The notes beneath the pieces were generated by a model. That model saw only the letters and a list, made by a program, of their open reading frames with translations, made no database searches and had not been told where the DNA came from. Of a stretch of 64,000 nucleotides of DNA, positions 17,431-26,106 are shown piece after piece; position 1 is the first letter of the stretch; the number at the start of each line of letters is the position of its first letter. Location of the stretch: positions 53,645 through 117,644 of IMG/VR virus record IMGVR_UViG_3300017989_000071. One strand, written 5' to 3'. The position numbers and the translations under genes were made by a program. This DNA is from a virus.

Positions 17431-17787
17431 TTACTTGTTGAACCAAACCACATGTGTCCATTCTCCCTTCGTCAACCACAGATCAGACGGGGCGAAGTGT
17501 ACCGAAGACATCTCGCTCTCCGTAGCATACCTCCCACAGCCGTCATCGTCCGTAAAGGCTCCAAACTCGACCGCCTGCTCAAACTCCTCAATGGTCATGT
17601 GAACACCGCAGTCTGGCAACGGCTCCATCAACAAATCGACACGAAACATCTCCGGATAGCGCACACGCATAACAGCCTCACGTAGAGCGTACTCACCGAC
17701 AAACTCTTCGACTCGACGTTCATACTTCCCGATAAAGCTGCCAGTCAGAATCGACCGCGCTCCTTGACTCAATTCACCGTCTTTCAT
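17431..17787 (-). CDS. Hypothetical phage protein
   Basis: GGAGGA RBS before ATG 17787. Confidence 0.65.
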   Translation of the reverse strand: MKDGELSQGARSILTGSFIGKYERRVEEFVGEYALREAVMRVRYPEMFRVDLLMEPLPDCGVHMTIEEFEQAVEFGAFTDDDGCGRYATESEMSSVHFAPSDLWLTKGEWTHVVWFNK

Positions 17788-17841
17788 TGTATCCTCCACT
17801 CACTGCAAGATTCCTATCCCGTTCTGGCACGGTTCATGCTT

Positions 17842-17999
17842 CGCGTGTGTGCGCGTACACGTGCGCGTAGTTATATTCCTACGTCTCATTCTCTGCGGTC
17901 CCCGACCGCCCGACCGACCCGACGAAGGAGGGAGGGCGGGAGGGGGTGGAGCGATAGCGGAACAGAGAGAGGGAAACTTGTTTCCCGCCCGCCCGCCCC
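17842..17999. other. Origin-like non-coding element (alternating purine/pyrimidine tract, CCGAC repeats, opposed G-quadruplex motifs, inverted repeat)
   Basis: The sequence features are directly visible in the intergenic gap next to the UvsW-like helicase; the origin function is inferred. Confidence 0.4.
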
Positions 18000-18027
18000 G
18001 GCACGCTAGCACGCGATTTCGAGATTG

Positions 18028-19599
18028 TCAATTCTCCCGTCTCCACCTCTTGCTGACCTCTATTGGAACATTCATCGAGACACCCGTTACAGGTTCCACT
18101 TTCAGTTGCGCATCGCGATAGGTCTTCAACCGCTTCAACGACTGAGAGCGGAGAACCCAATGCGTATTGTCTACGAAGTCGATAACGATGCAACGGTTAC
18201 CAATCGAACTGCCTTCCTTCAGTCTCATCCCACGTCCGAGTCGCTGGAGGAGCTGGCGAGGGTGTTTTCCTCCCGCCGCATAGACAATCACATTGATGCC
18301 GGAGATGTCAACACCTTCATCGAGGAAGGGGGTGGCGATGGAGATCGAATTTTCGTTTATATGATTAACTAATTTTTCGAGCTCCCATTTTTCCTTGTGG
18401 ATCGTTCCGTAGGAATTGACCAACACCTCCTTTGCCCCCTTGCACATGATCGCATCCTCGTACCCCTCGTCGATGAAGTGCTGGAGGAGCCGCCGACCGT
18501 GACGTTCGTGCTGGACGAAGATCACGACCGAGCAACCTTTGTCGTAGAAATTCTTCGCGGCGGATACGATAGCGAGGTTGCGGAGATGGTTCGAGCGGAC
18601 CCCCTGCTCGTAGAGGATATGCCAGTCGCGGATTCCGGCAGCGAGCTTCAACGGCACCTCGCCGGGGAGGGGAAGGTTGATCGCATCGATCTGGTAGGGG
18701 CGGATCACCGGCTCGGCGAGGATACCCCGCTGGATCAAAACCCACGAGGGCATCCGGTAGATGATCGGCCCGGTCATTCCCATGACCTGTAGCTCCTCCA
18801 CGGTCGGGTTGTCCATATCGGCAAAGGGGGTGGCGGATAGTCCAAATCGGTATCCGGCGGGGCACAGCAGGCCCGCCTCACCCCACCCCGGAGCTTTCAG
18901 GTGGTGGGCCTCGTCCCAAATCACCCCGTTCTGGCGGCTCAGGAGGGCCGTGACAGCCTTCGAGCCTCGTTTGAGGCCCACGGTAAGGGTTCGGTCGATT
19001 GCGACCGTCACAGGGCGATCTGACTGCTTCAGACCCCCTCCGTAGCCCCCAATCTCCTCCTCGGAGAACCCCCGATCCCGGAATCGACCGAGGGTTTGAT
19101 GGAGCAGTCGGTCGGTATTGACCACAAGGAGGACGTTGAAGGTCGGATATTGGATGAGATACCAGCGGACCATCGCAATCGCGATCTCCGTCTTCCCGGC
19201 CCCGGTTCCGGCCTGAATAATCCCTCGGCCCCGAGCGAGGGCCGTCTTGATCGCCCGGACCTGATAATCCCGCAGCGTCACCCCGGCGAGCTCCGGAACC
19301 TCGATCTGCCGGTAGTCGTTCGTCGGATCGTAATCCGGATGGTCCGGGTGCGGAGTCATTCGGACCTCGATCTTCTTCTCCTTCAGCAGCCGCTTCATCC
19401 GGGGGACCAGCCCCGACTGAAACCGTCCCTCGTCGTCGATCACGCAGACCTCGACCTTCTCCGGCTGCTTACCTCGCTCCTTCTGGACGAAGACGATGCC
19501 GGTGAATGCCTTCTCGGCCTGTTTGATCCCGCGCTGGGTGCCCCCCGTGATCCGGGAGAGCACCGGGCCGTACTCGACCTCGATCCAATCAATTCGCAT
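18028..19599 (-). CDS. Superfamily 2 DNA helicase (UvsW-like)
   Basis: LRDYQ, AGTGAGKT, WDEAHH, GLSATP, FLDEGVDI, QRLGRGMR. Confidence 0.9.
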   Translation of the reverse strand: MRIDWIEVEYGPVLSRITGGTQRGIKQAEKAFTGIVFVQKERGKQPEKVEVCVIDDEGRFQSGLVPRMKRLLKEKKIEVRMTPHPDHPDYDPTNDYRQIEVPELAGVTLRDYQVRAIKTALARGRGIIQAGTGAGKTEIAIAMVRWYLIQYPTFNVLLVVNTDRLLHQTLGRFRDRGFSEEEIGGYGGGLKQSDRPVTVAIDRTLTVGLKRGSKAVTALLSRQNGVIWDEAHHLKAPGWGEAGLLCPAGYRFGLSATPFADMDNPTVEELQVMGMTGPIIYRMPSWVLIQRGILAEPVIRPYQIDAINLPLPGEVPLKLAAGIRDWHILYEQGVRSNHLRNLAIVSAAKNFYDKGCSVVIFVQHERHGRRLLQHFIDEGYEDAIMCKGAKEVLVNSYGTIHKEKWELEKLVNHINENSISIATPFLDEGVDISGINVIVYAAGGKHPRQLLQRLGRGMRLKEGSSIGNRCIVIDFVDNTHWVLRSQSLKRLKTYRDAQLKVEPVTGVSMNVPIEVSKRWRREN

Positions 19600-20581
19600 T
19601 GGACACCTTCGCTTTCACCTCCTGAGCGAGCATGGTCGCACCGACAACCGCCCCCTGCTTCACATCGTCCCGGTGAGCCATCAGGATCGCCGAAACGAGC
19701 TGGAGCTTCGAGAGGAAGTTAGCCGCCACATCGCGGGCCTCCTCTTCGTACTCCCCTTTGTTGGACAGCAGATCGGACACCTGAGCCGGAGAAATCCCCG
19801 TTTCCGCATCGGCACCTATGATCTCGTTGATGGCCGTGTGCGCCTCGTTCAGGAGCTTGGCGGTAACAACCCCCAAGTCGTAGACCAGCTTGGCCCGTGT
19901 TACGTCGTCCGCCACATCGTCGATCCTCGACTCGTCAACCATCAGGTTCTCGTCGCACGGGAGCGGCACGTGTACCGGAACATGGTTGCCGCCGGGGCAG
20001 ATAATGTAGATGTAGGGGCTGGCCCCGTCCTTCGTCCTTGCCACCCCGAGCTGTCCCCCTTCAAGCAGCCCGTCAATCTGTTTGTGAACCTCTTCCCAAA
20101 TTGCATCGGCGACCTCTTCCTCGCTGAGCACGCGGTCGTCCGATTCGTTCGTGGAAGAATCCTCCCCCTCCGACGAGGAGTGCAAGGTTCCGGAGGGAGA
20201 GGTAGAAGAACGCTTCGCCGCCTGTTGGGCGGTTTTATTCATGTAGTAACGATCCTTGTTGATCCAGACCCGACCGTCGCGGGCGAGGTAGTGGATGCCC
20301 TTGGCGTCCCGCCCGTAGTAAGTCGCCCCGTAGGACACGATCTCGATCTCGATTCCCCACAAACCCAGCCCGTGATCCGGCGTACCGGGAGCCTGCCAGA
20401 ACAAGCCCTTCAGCCGTACCGCCTTCTTCGGGATTTTTCCAGCCTTCGTTTGGTTGAACGGCACTCGGCGGTAGAAGTGGGCGTAGCTTCCCCCGTCCTC
20501 ATGGGTTTCCCACATGACGATGATGGAGGGGGCTTCGTTGAAGCGGTCCCCCCGGAACGTAGTGTGTTTGGTAAAGGCCAT
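19589..20581 (-). CDS. Hypothetical phage protein (two domains joined by a Ser-rich linker)
   Basis: AACGAGGAGAG RBS before ATG 20581. Confidence 0.65.
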   Translation of the reverse strand: MAFTKHTTFRGDRFNEAPSIIVMWETHEDGGSYAHFYRRVPFNQTKAGKIPKKAVRLKGLFWQAPGTPDHGLGLWGIEIEIVSYGATYYGRDAKGIHYLARDGRVWINKDRYYMNKTAQQAAKRSSTSPSGTLHSSSEGEDSSTNESDDRVLSEEEVADAIWEEVHKQIDGLLEGGQLGVARTKDGASPYIYIICPGGNHVPVHVPLPCDENLMVDESRIDDVADDVTRAKLVYDLGVVTAKLLNEAHTAINEIIGADAETGISPAQVSDLLSNKGEYEEEARDVAANFLSKLQLVSAILMAHRDDVKQGAVVGATMLAQEVKAKVSNAN

Positions 20582-20595
20582 TGTTCTCTCCTCGT

Positions 20596-21051
20596 TCAGG
20601 AAGTCAGGGCGTTGGCCGGACGTTGCTCGGCTTTTTCCAATTCCCGGATCGCGCTCCGTTGCAGATCGGGGACGTAGCAATTCTCGTAGGGGTCCGTCGG
20701 ATCGTCGTAGATGCACATTCCGATGGAGTCCGCGTGTTCCCACTCCCCGGTAAACGGATCGAGGTACAGGGCGACCACAAACCAGCAGCCAAACCGCTCG
20801 ATCCATTCCTCGATTTCCTTCCGCTCCTCTTCCGGACTTACCCGGCGACCGTAGCCGTTGACGTACCCTTCCGGCTCGCCGTAGATCGACCAGTAGTTTT
20901 CGCATTCGGGGTCGGCGACGATCTTGACCCGGCCTTCCGCTTCGAGCTCCTCGAAGCGAGCGAGGGTCTTGGCGTTGCGGAGTGCCCACACCGCTTGGTC
21001 CCACCCGTACTCCCGAAAGTTGCGGTAGTATTTTTCGATTTTCGGATTCAT
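20596..21051 (-). CDS. Hypothetical phage protein
   Basis: GAGGAGAG RBS; coding-like composition. Confidence 0.7.
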   Translation of the reverse strand: MNPKIEKYYRNFREYGWDQAVWALRNAKTLARFEELEAEGRVKIVADPECENYWSIYGEPEGYVNGYGRRVSPEEERKEIEEWIERFGCWFVVALYLDPFTGEWEHADSIGMCIYDDPTDPYENCYVPDLQRSAIRELEKAEQRPANALTS

Positions 21052-21076
21052 CGTTCTCTCCTCGCTCGTTGCTGTA

Positions 21077-22447
21077 TCAGGCCACCTCGACGGCCTTGAA
21101 CTTGCAGCGGTTCACCACCGTCTGCTTCAGACCCTTGTACTCGCCGTGCGCCTTGACGGTCCCTGTCAGGATCACCTTCGTACCCTTGGGGGTGTCGTCC
21201 GGCGCACAGCCCGTCTTCCAGACCAGCACGTTTCCGTCCTCGGTCACGTAATTGTGGACGTAGAGCTCGCCGTAGGCGGTATCGAACGGACCGGACACGC
21301 GGTCGATGGTCACCTCCCACGACTCCCGCTTTCCCACCTCGCCGATATGCTCGGAGTGGGCCTTCTTCTCTTCCCACTCGGCCCGACGAACGCGGCTGAG
21401 GTAGGCACCGACCGCGCTCACCGCCAGACCCACCAGATTCCGGGGAATCAGGCTCAGGTTCGACACCACGGTCAGATTGTACTCGTAATCGTTCTCGGTC
21501 TCCGGGTCGATGCCCTCAACCCACTCCAGAACCTTCGCCGCCAGCTCACGGTCCTCGTCGCGGACCGGGGCGAAGGTGGAGACGTTAGCGGCCAGACGAT
21601 TGATCTCTTCGTTCCACTCGTTGACTGACTCCTTCAGGGCATCAAACGTCTCGGGCTTAACGGCATTGACATTGTTCCACACGTCCACGATAGCCCAACG
21701 ACGATTCGCGATTTTTTTGATGGCCGGGAGATAGGTCTTCTCGTTGAACTCCAGTAGGGAGAGGGTGTGGTTGCGGGTCGTATCGACATTGCGGTTGTCG
21801 AACTCCCACGCCGTCCGGGCGCGATCCAGATTGAAGTAGCCGCGCTGCTCACGAACCGAAGCAGCAGCAAAAGTCAAAACCTCCTCGAAGGTTCCAACGT
21901 AGTCCGCTTCTCGTTTGATGCGGCCACTGCCAAGAGCATAGCTCTCGTCGTCTTCAAGGCTTTCGGAGAGGGACCAGACTACCTCGGCCCACTTCGCGGC
22001 CTTGTGCGCATTGGCATCGCCGGTATAATCCTGCAAACATGTCGATCCGACTTGCTTCCGCTCACCATCCGAACCTTCAAGGATGAACGTGGCTTTGCGG
22101 CTCCGCTTCAGGTTGCAATGCTCGCAGCGTTCGGGGGTTTTGCGGTAGGGGCGGATGTCGCCAGCGTTCGCACCGCTGATAAAAACCGCATCATCCACCA
22201 CCCGGACCGATCCGATCACCGTCCAGTCGCCCAGCGGGGCGAGATCGGCGGTGACAGTTACGGCGTACAAACAAACCTCGTGCCGGAAACCGTCTTCATC
22301 TTCCACGATTTCGATAAGGGAATCACCGACTTCGTAACCCACAGGAGCAAAATTATACCTCACGGAACGGCGGTTGATGGCGTCGATCTTCTTCCTGAAA
22401 CCGGGTAGGTTCCGGGAATCGATTTTGTAGTCTTTCGTGATTTTCAT
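21077..22447 (-). CDS. Hypothetical phage protein with Cys motif (CEHC...C) and C-terminal OB-fold-like region
   Basis: AACGAGGAGAA RBS; C-terminus TGTVKAHGEYKGLKQTVVNRCK is OB-like. Confidence 0.7.
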   Translation of the reverse strand: MKITKDYKIDSRNLPGFRKKIDAINRRSVRYNFAPVGYEVGDSLIEIVEDEDGFRHEVCLYAVTVTADLAPLGDWTVIGSVRVVDDAVFISGANAGDIRPYRKTPERCEHCNLKRSRKATFILEGSDGERKQVGSTCLQDYTGDANAHKAAKWAEVVWSLSESLEDDESYALGSGRIKREADYVGTFEEVLTFAAASVREQRGYFNLDRARTAWEFDNRNVDTTRNHTLSLLEFNEKTYLPAIKKIANRRWAIVDVWNNVNAVKPETFDALKESVNEWNEEINRLAANVSTFAPVRDEDRELAAKVLEWVEGIDPETENDYEYNLTVVSNLSLIPRNLVGLAVSAVGAYLSRVRRAEWEEKKAHSEHIGEVGKRESWEVTIDRVSGPFDTAYGELYVHNYVTEDGNVLVWKTGCAPDDTPKGTKVILTGTVKAHGEYKGLKQTVVNRCKFKAVEVA

Positions 22448-22478
22448 CTCGTTCTCCTCGTTCTTCATTGTCAATCAT

Positions 22479-22507
22479 ATTATAATATCATTCGAGTACG
22501 TTGTCAA
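22479..22507 (-). promoter_or_regulatory. Early sigma70-type promoter with conserved spacer
   Basis: TTGACA-ACGTACTCGAATGATAT-TATAAT. Confidence 0.9.
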
Positions 22508-22524
22508 GCTCTTTTTTCGCGCAA

Positions 22525-22553
22525 TAAAAAAGCCGGGGAAATCCCGGCTTTTT
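22525..22553. terminator. Intrinsic terminator (possibly bidirectional)
   Basis: AAAAAAGCCGGG-GAAAT-CCCGGCTTTTT. Confidence 0.85.
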
Positions 22554-22574
22554 CGGTATCACCTCCTTCCCCTG

Positions 22575-23066
22575 TTACAGGATCGCTTCACCCGCCCGGA
22601 CCTTCTCGATCAGCGGCTTCAGGAACGACTCACGAGTCGGGCTGTCATCCCAACTGGACCGGTCCAGATCGCTGATTTCGCGAACGATGTGCTCGTCGTT
22701 GCAGGCGATCAGAATCGCCCGAACTTCGAGGGAGATGTCGCGGTATCCGGTATCTTCCTCGTCGAGGGTGTGGTACAGGTTCTTCCCTTTCCGATCCGTA
22801 AACTTCCCGTCATCCCCATAATCGCCACAGAGCACAATGCGGTTCCCCGCCCAGCGACCAGCGATATTGTTCTTCGGATGAAGGTTTTCGAGCTCGTGGA
22901 TGTCGCCCCCACCACGCCCGTTGCCGTCGGCCAGCAGAATCGCCAGCGCGGAGAGTAGCCCCCCGCTATTCGCAACCAGCTCCCACAGCTTCGCGCCGTC
23001 ACCCAAGGCCCACGCATTGAGGTATTCGTGCTTGTCGAGATTGGCTACCTTGTAGTATTGACCCAT
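22575..23066 (-). CDS. Hypothetical phage protein (MGQYY.. N-terminus)
   Basis: AACGAGGAGAA RBS; ends just before the terminator. Confidence 0.75.
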   Translation of the reverse strand: MGQYYKVANLDKHEYLNAWALGDGAKLWELVANSGGLLSALAILLADGNGRGGGDIHELENLHPKNNIAGRWAGNRIVLCGDYGDDGKFTDRKGKNLYHTLDEEDTGYRDISLEVRAILIACNDEHIVREISDLDRSSWDDSPTRESFLKPLIEKVRAGEAIL

Positions 23067-23118
23067 GATGTTCTCCTCGTTCTTCGGTTATCGTTTTGCC
23101 CCCGGACCGGCGCGGCGG

Positions 23119-23724
23119 TCAGGCCGCGCTGGATTCCGGAATCGGCTCCGCAAGAATCTCCACGATATTGCTGTGGGGAATCTTGTAATACGAAATTTTC
23201 TTGCCGTCCGCGTCGAGCGCGAACCCGAAGACCCGCGTCGTCGTCCGCTTCTTCCCGTTGCGGCACCGAGTCAACTTGTCGATGTCGCAGATCAGGAAAA
23301 CGGTGTGGGTGTACTTGTCCTTCAGGCGGACCCGCTGCCCGGCCTTCAAATCGCTCACCTTGACCTTGCGGCGTTTCGATTCGTGATAGGCCAACACCTT
23401 GTCGCGCCACTCCTGATTCGTGACCGGAGCCAGATCGAGCAACCGCTTCGGGCAGTTATAATAAAAGGGACCAGCCGCCTCGTCGATGTCCTTGTAGCCC
23501 CAGCGGCCCCCGCTCTTGCGAAGCAGGTAGAGGATCAGAAACCGCTCGGCCTCGTCCTCGATTCCGGTCGCCTTGTCGAAACGGCCCCAGACCACCCACA
23601 GGTGGGAGCCGACCAGCGATTTATCGACGACCTTGCGGAAGTAAGGACGATCCAACGGCTCCCACGAGCGCGTCACCTCGTCGATCACTTCCTGCTTCGT
23701 TTCATGTCCAAAAAGCCATCCCAT
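23119..23724 (-). CDS. Hypothetical phage/MGE protein (WGYKDIDEAAGPFYYNCP motif)
   Basis: AACGAGGAGAA RBS downstream of promoter 23760-23788. Confidence 0.75.
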   Translation of the reverse strand: MGWLFGHETKQEVIDEVTRSWEPLDRPYFRKVVDKSLVGSHLWVVWGRFDKATGIEDEAERFLILYLLRKSGGRWGYKDIDEAAGPFYYNCPKRLLDLAPVTNQEWRDKVLAYHESKRRKVKVSDLKAGQRVRLKDKYTHTVFLICDIDKLTRCRNGKKRTTTRVFGFALDADGKKISYYKIPHSNIVEILAEPIPESSAA

Positions 23725-23759
23725 GTTATTCTCCTCGTTCTTCGTTATCGTCTAATCAT

Positions 23760-23788
23760 ATTATAATATCATTCGAGTACGTTGTCAA
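23760..23788 (-). promoter_or_regulatory. Early sigma70-type promoter with conserved spacer
   Basis: TTGACA-ACGTACTCGAATGATAT-TATAAT. Confidence 0.9.
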
Positions 23789-24107
23789 GAGCTTCCTCCT
23801 CGGCTTTTCGGTCCGCTGCATCTTCTCGTTGTTCTTTTCGGCGAATAATCTCACGTATTTTATCGTCATCCGGTATTCCGTGGTGGTGGGAAATAATATC
23901 CCATGTAGCTTGTTCCGGATATCCTGCTTCCCGCATCGCCCGGAAAAACTTATCCCGGTCTGGTTTTGGGTCTATCTGCCGCAGCGGAATTTCAATATCG
24001 TATCTCCTTGGAGAGGGGAGACCACCACAATCCTTATCAAAACGAGTGTTTTGATGCCGTCGGAGACCGTCGCCTCGTTTGATATAGGTCAGCGCATCGT
24101 AAGGCAT
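23769..24107 (-). CDS. Hypothetical protein, visibly lower GC, C-terminus encoded by the next promoter
   Basis: ATG 24107; the last codons L-D-N-V-L-E-stop are CTT GAC AAC GTA CTC GAA TGA. Confidence 0.55.
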   Translation of the reverse strand: MPYDALTYIKRGDGLRRHQNTRFDKDCGGLPSPRRYDIEIPLRQIDPKPDRDKFFRAMREAGYPEQATWDIISHHHGIPDDDKIREIIRRKEQREDAADRKAEEEALDNVLE

Positions 24108-24139
24108 GGCTATTTCTTTGTTCGCATATGATCCTCTCC

Positions 24140-24961
24140 TTAGTATCCGAACCGTTCGGCTTGGGCGGCCTCCTGCGGACAGGGACCGGGATCGACGTGG
24201 GCCAACTCCTTCGGCACCTTCGGGAGCGGCTTCCAGCAAGTCGGCGTGGACAATTTACACTCCTCCTCGTGGTCGATCCACCACGGCTCCGCGTCGCTGC
24301 CGATGAACTCGAAGTACCGCACGACCCGGTATTCCTTGCTGCGGGCGAAGTAGGCCAGCACGGGATCGCTGTCCTTGACCTTGGTTTCCTCACCCCGGAC
24401 GTGTCGCGGGATCGGAACCGAGACCTCGGGCTTGCGCCACTCCTCCAGCTCCTTCAACCGGTTCTTCAGCTCGGGGTAGGACGGCTCCGGGTTGGCATGG
24501 GGATCGAAGCCCCAGCCGTTCCGCTGCGATCCGCGCTTCGGGTCGAAGGTCACCCGGTCGATGACGTACTCGACGCTGTTGTGGATGTGGTCACCGTAGT
24601 AGTCGGCGTTGAATCCCCAATACTTCCGCTTGTTGCCGACACGCCCTTTCAACTTCCCCCCGAGACCGAGCAGGATATGCCCCTCGGAAACGGTGTAGGT
24701 CAGATCGAAGTAGGAATACCCGTCGTACCCACCGTACTCGTCCATGTCATGATGGCTGGCCGAAATGACCACCGCCGTCACGAAGCACTTCTCGTCGTGG
24801 CTCAGCAGATCGAAGTATTCATCGGTAGAGCACAGCCCCCGGCCCTTGATCCGGATGCCGATCCCCTCGCACGAGAACCCCCCGCCACCGATCTGATCGT
24901 ACAGAGCGTTGATGATCTTGTGGTTCAAGAGGTGTACTTGAAAGGTGCGAATGCTGTTCAT
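24140..24961 (-). CDS. Hypothetical phage protein
   Basis: AACGAGGAGAA RBS before ATG 24961. Confidence 0.7.
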   Translation of the reverse strand: MNSIRTFQVHLLNHKIINALYDQIGGGGFSCEGIGIRIKGRGLCSTDEYFDLLSHDEKCFVTAVVISASHHDMDEYGGYDGYSYFDLTYTVSEGHILLGLGGKLKGRVGNKRKYWGFNADYYGDHIHNSVEYVIDRVTFDPKRGSQRNGWGFDPHANPEPSYPELKNRLKELEEWRKPEVSVPIPRHVRGEETKVKDSDPVLAYFARSKEYRVVRYFEFIGSDAEPWWIDHEEECKLSTPTCWKPLPKVPKELAHVDPGPCPQEAAQAERFGY

Positions 24962-24984
24962 GTCGTTCTCCTCGTTCAAATTGT

Positions 24985-25233
24985 TTATTCGGCGAAGGAT
25001 TCCCCGAGCAACGCCTCGAAGAATGCCACCCGTGCCTCGGCTCGATGTTTCATCTCTTCCGCCAGTAGCTTGAACATCCTCCCCCGCAAAATCTCTTTTT
25101 TGTATTCCGGACCACCGGACTTCAGCACCTCCTCGTACTCCGGGAGGTACCGCTCTTCGTACTCCCGAGCGGATTCGCGAGCGAGAGCGAGGTGGCCTTC
25201 GACCTTCTCGATTTCCTTGGCAGTCATTGTCAT
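24985..25233 (-). CDS. Hypothetical helical protein
   Basis: AACGAGGAGAA RBS downstream of promoter 25263-25291. Confidence 0.7.
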   Translation of the reverse strand: MTMTAKEIEKVEGHLALARESAREYEERYLPEYEEVLKSGGPEYKKEILRGRMFKLLAEEMKHRAEARVAFFEALLGESFAE

Positions 25234-25262
25234 TCTCCTCGTTCGTTGTCATTGCTAATCGT

Positions 25263-25291
25263 ATGATAATACCTTTCGAGTACGATGTCAA
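25263..25291 (-). promoter_or_regulatory. Early sigma70-type promoter with conserved spacer
   Basis: TTGACA-TCGTACTCGAAAGGTAT-TATCAT. Confidence 0.88.
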
Positions 25292-25321
25292 GAAAAAAAA
25301 AGCCGGGGTCGATCCCCGGCC
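25292..25321 (-). terminator. Intrinsic terminator
   Basis: GCCGGGG-ATCGA-CCCCGGC followed by a T-run. Confidence 0.85.
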
Positions 25322-25325
25322 TCTT

Positions 25326-25616
25326 CTACTTGAGATATTCGTCTGCGTACCGGGACCAGTCCTCGTAGCTCAGGGTCTTGGCCCACCCCCGACAACCCTC
25401 CTCACTGGCCCATAGCCAATCGGCGAACTGGAAGGAGGTGGTGGCCGTCTGGTACTTGGCCCGGCTCTTCGAGATCACTTCGAGCTTCACCTTCTTCCTG
25501 CCGATGGCGATCACCTGACCGTGCCGGACCCGTGCGCCGTGGCGGGGGTCGTACCCCCCACCCACCCACCAGACCTTCAGGCCGGGGCGCACCTCTTGAT
25601 TGTCTCTCGTCTGCAT
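25326..25616 (-). CDS. Hypothetical phage protein (beta-rich, SH3/KOW-like)
   Basis: GGGAGG RBS; ORF track. Confidence 0.65.
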   Translation of the reverse strand: MQTRDNQEVRPGLKVWWVGGGYDPRHGARVRHGQVIAIGRKKVKLEVISKSRAKYQTATTSFQFADWLWASEEGCRGWAKTLSYEDWSRYADEYLK

Positions 25617-25630
25617 CGTGGTCTACCTCC

Positions 25631-25954
25631 CTAGTTGTGCTTAATCGAGTACGTCACCCGCTCGACGGTGAAACCGCTGTCCGGGTTGTTCGGATACTTC
25701 TTCTTCGTCTCCACCTTCCGGACGATCTTCATGCCCGGCTGGAAGTCGAACTCGTTCTCGTCCCGGTTGTGGGGCGACACTCGCGGCTCGACGTAGCCGC
25801 CCCCGAAACTGATCGTTACCGCCCAACGGTTAGCGAGCAACACGTGCTCCTCGCCGCGCCTCTCGATCCGGAACGGCCAGTCGTGTTTCCCGAGTAAGCG
25901 GGAGCCGCACAGCGGGTCGTTCAGGATCATCGTTTCGGTCTTGGGATTCTTCAT
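25631..25954 (-). CDS. Hypothetical phage protein
   Basis: AACGAGGAG RBS before ATG 25954. Confidence 0.65.
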   Translation of the reverse strand: MKNPKTETMILNDPLCGSRLLGKHDWPFRIERRGEEHVLLANRWAVTISFGGGYVEPRVSPHNRDENEFDFQPGMKIVRKVETKKKYPNNPDSGFTVERVTYSIKHN

Positions 25955-25988
25955 TTTTGTCTCCTCGTTCAGGTTGACAGGTACTCGT

Positions 25989-26017
25989 ATTATACCACGA
26001 TTCGAGTACGATGTCAA
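25989..26017 (-). promoter_or_regulatory. Early sigma70-type promoter with conserved spacer
   Basis: TTGACA-TCGTACTCGAATCGTGG-TATAAT. Confidence 0.88.
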
Positions 26018-26020
26018 GCT

Positions 26021-26058
26021 AAAAAAAAAAGCCCGCCGACTTTGGGGAGCCGACGGGC
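26021..26058 (-). terminator. Intrinsic terminator ending the small RNA
   Basis: GCCCGTCGGCT-CCCCAA-AGTCGGCGGGC followed by T10. Confidence 0.85.
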
Positions 26059-26101
26059 TTTGTCTGTTCGTGCGGATGGGGTCCGCACCGGAACCTTGCA
26101 C
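26021..26101 (-). ncRNA. Putative ~80-nt small RNA (own promoter and terminator, no ORF)
   Basis: Promoter 26135-26107, single-stranded 5' end GUGCAAGGUUCC, hairpin 26088-26070, terminator 26058-26021. Confidence 0.7.
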
Positions 26102-26106
26102 CGAAT

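Noticed and set aside
20582-21004. N-terminal extension of ORF 19589-21004 and similar upstream extensions (e.g. 5458-6129, 24140-25291, 46426-48645)
   Set aside because: The extensions overlap other genes; strong RBSs or stop/start overlaps support the shorter starts used above.
12066-26017. CRISPR array or attC-like integron cassette repeats
   Set aside because: The repeats are promoters separated by whole genes of 0.7-9 kb. They are not palindromic or regularly spaced, and no cas gene or integrase is in the window.
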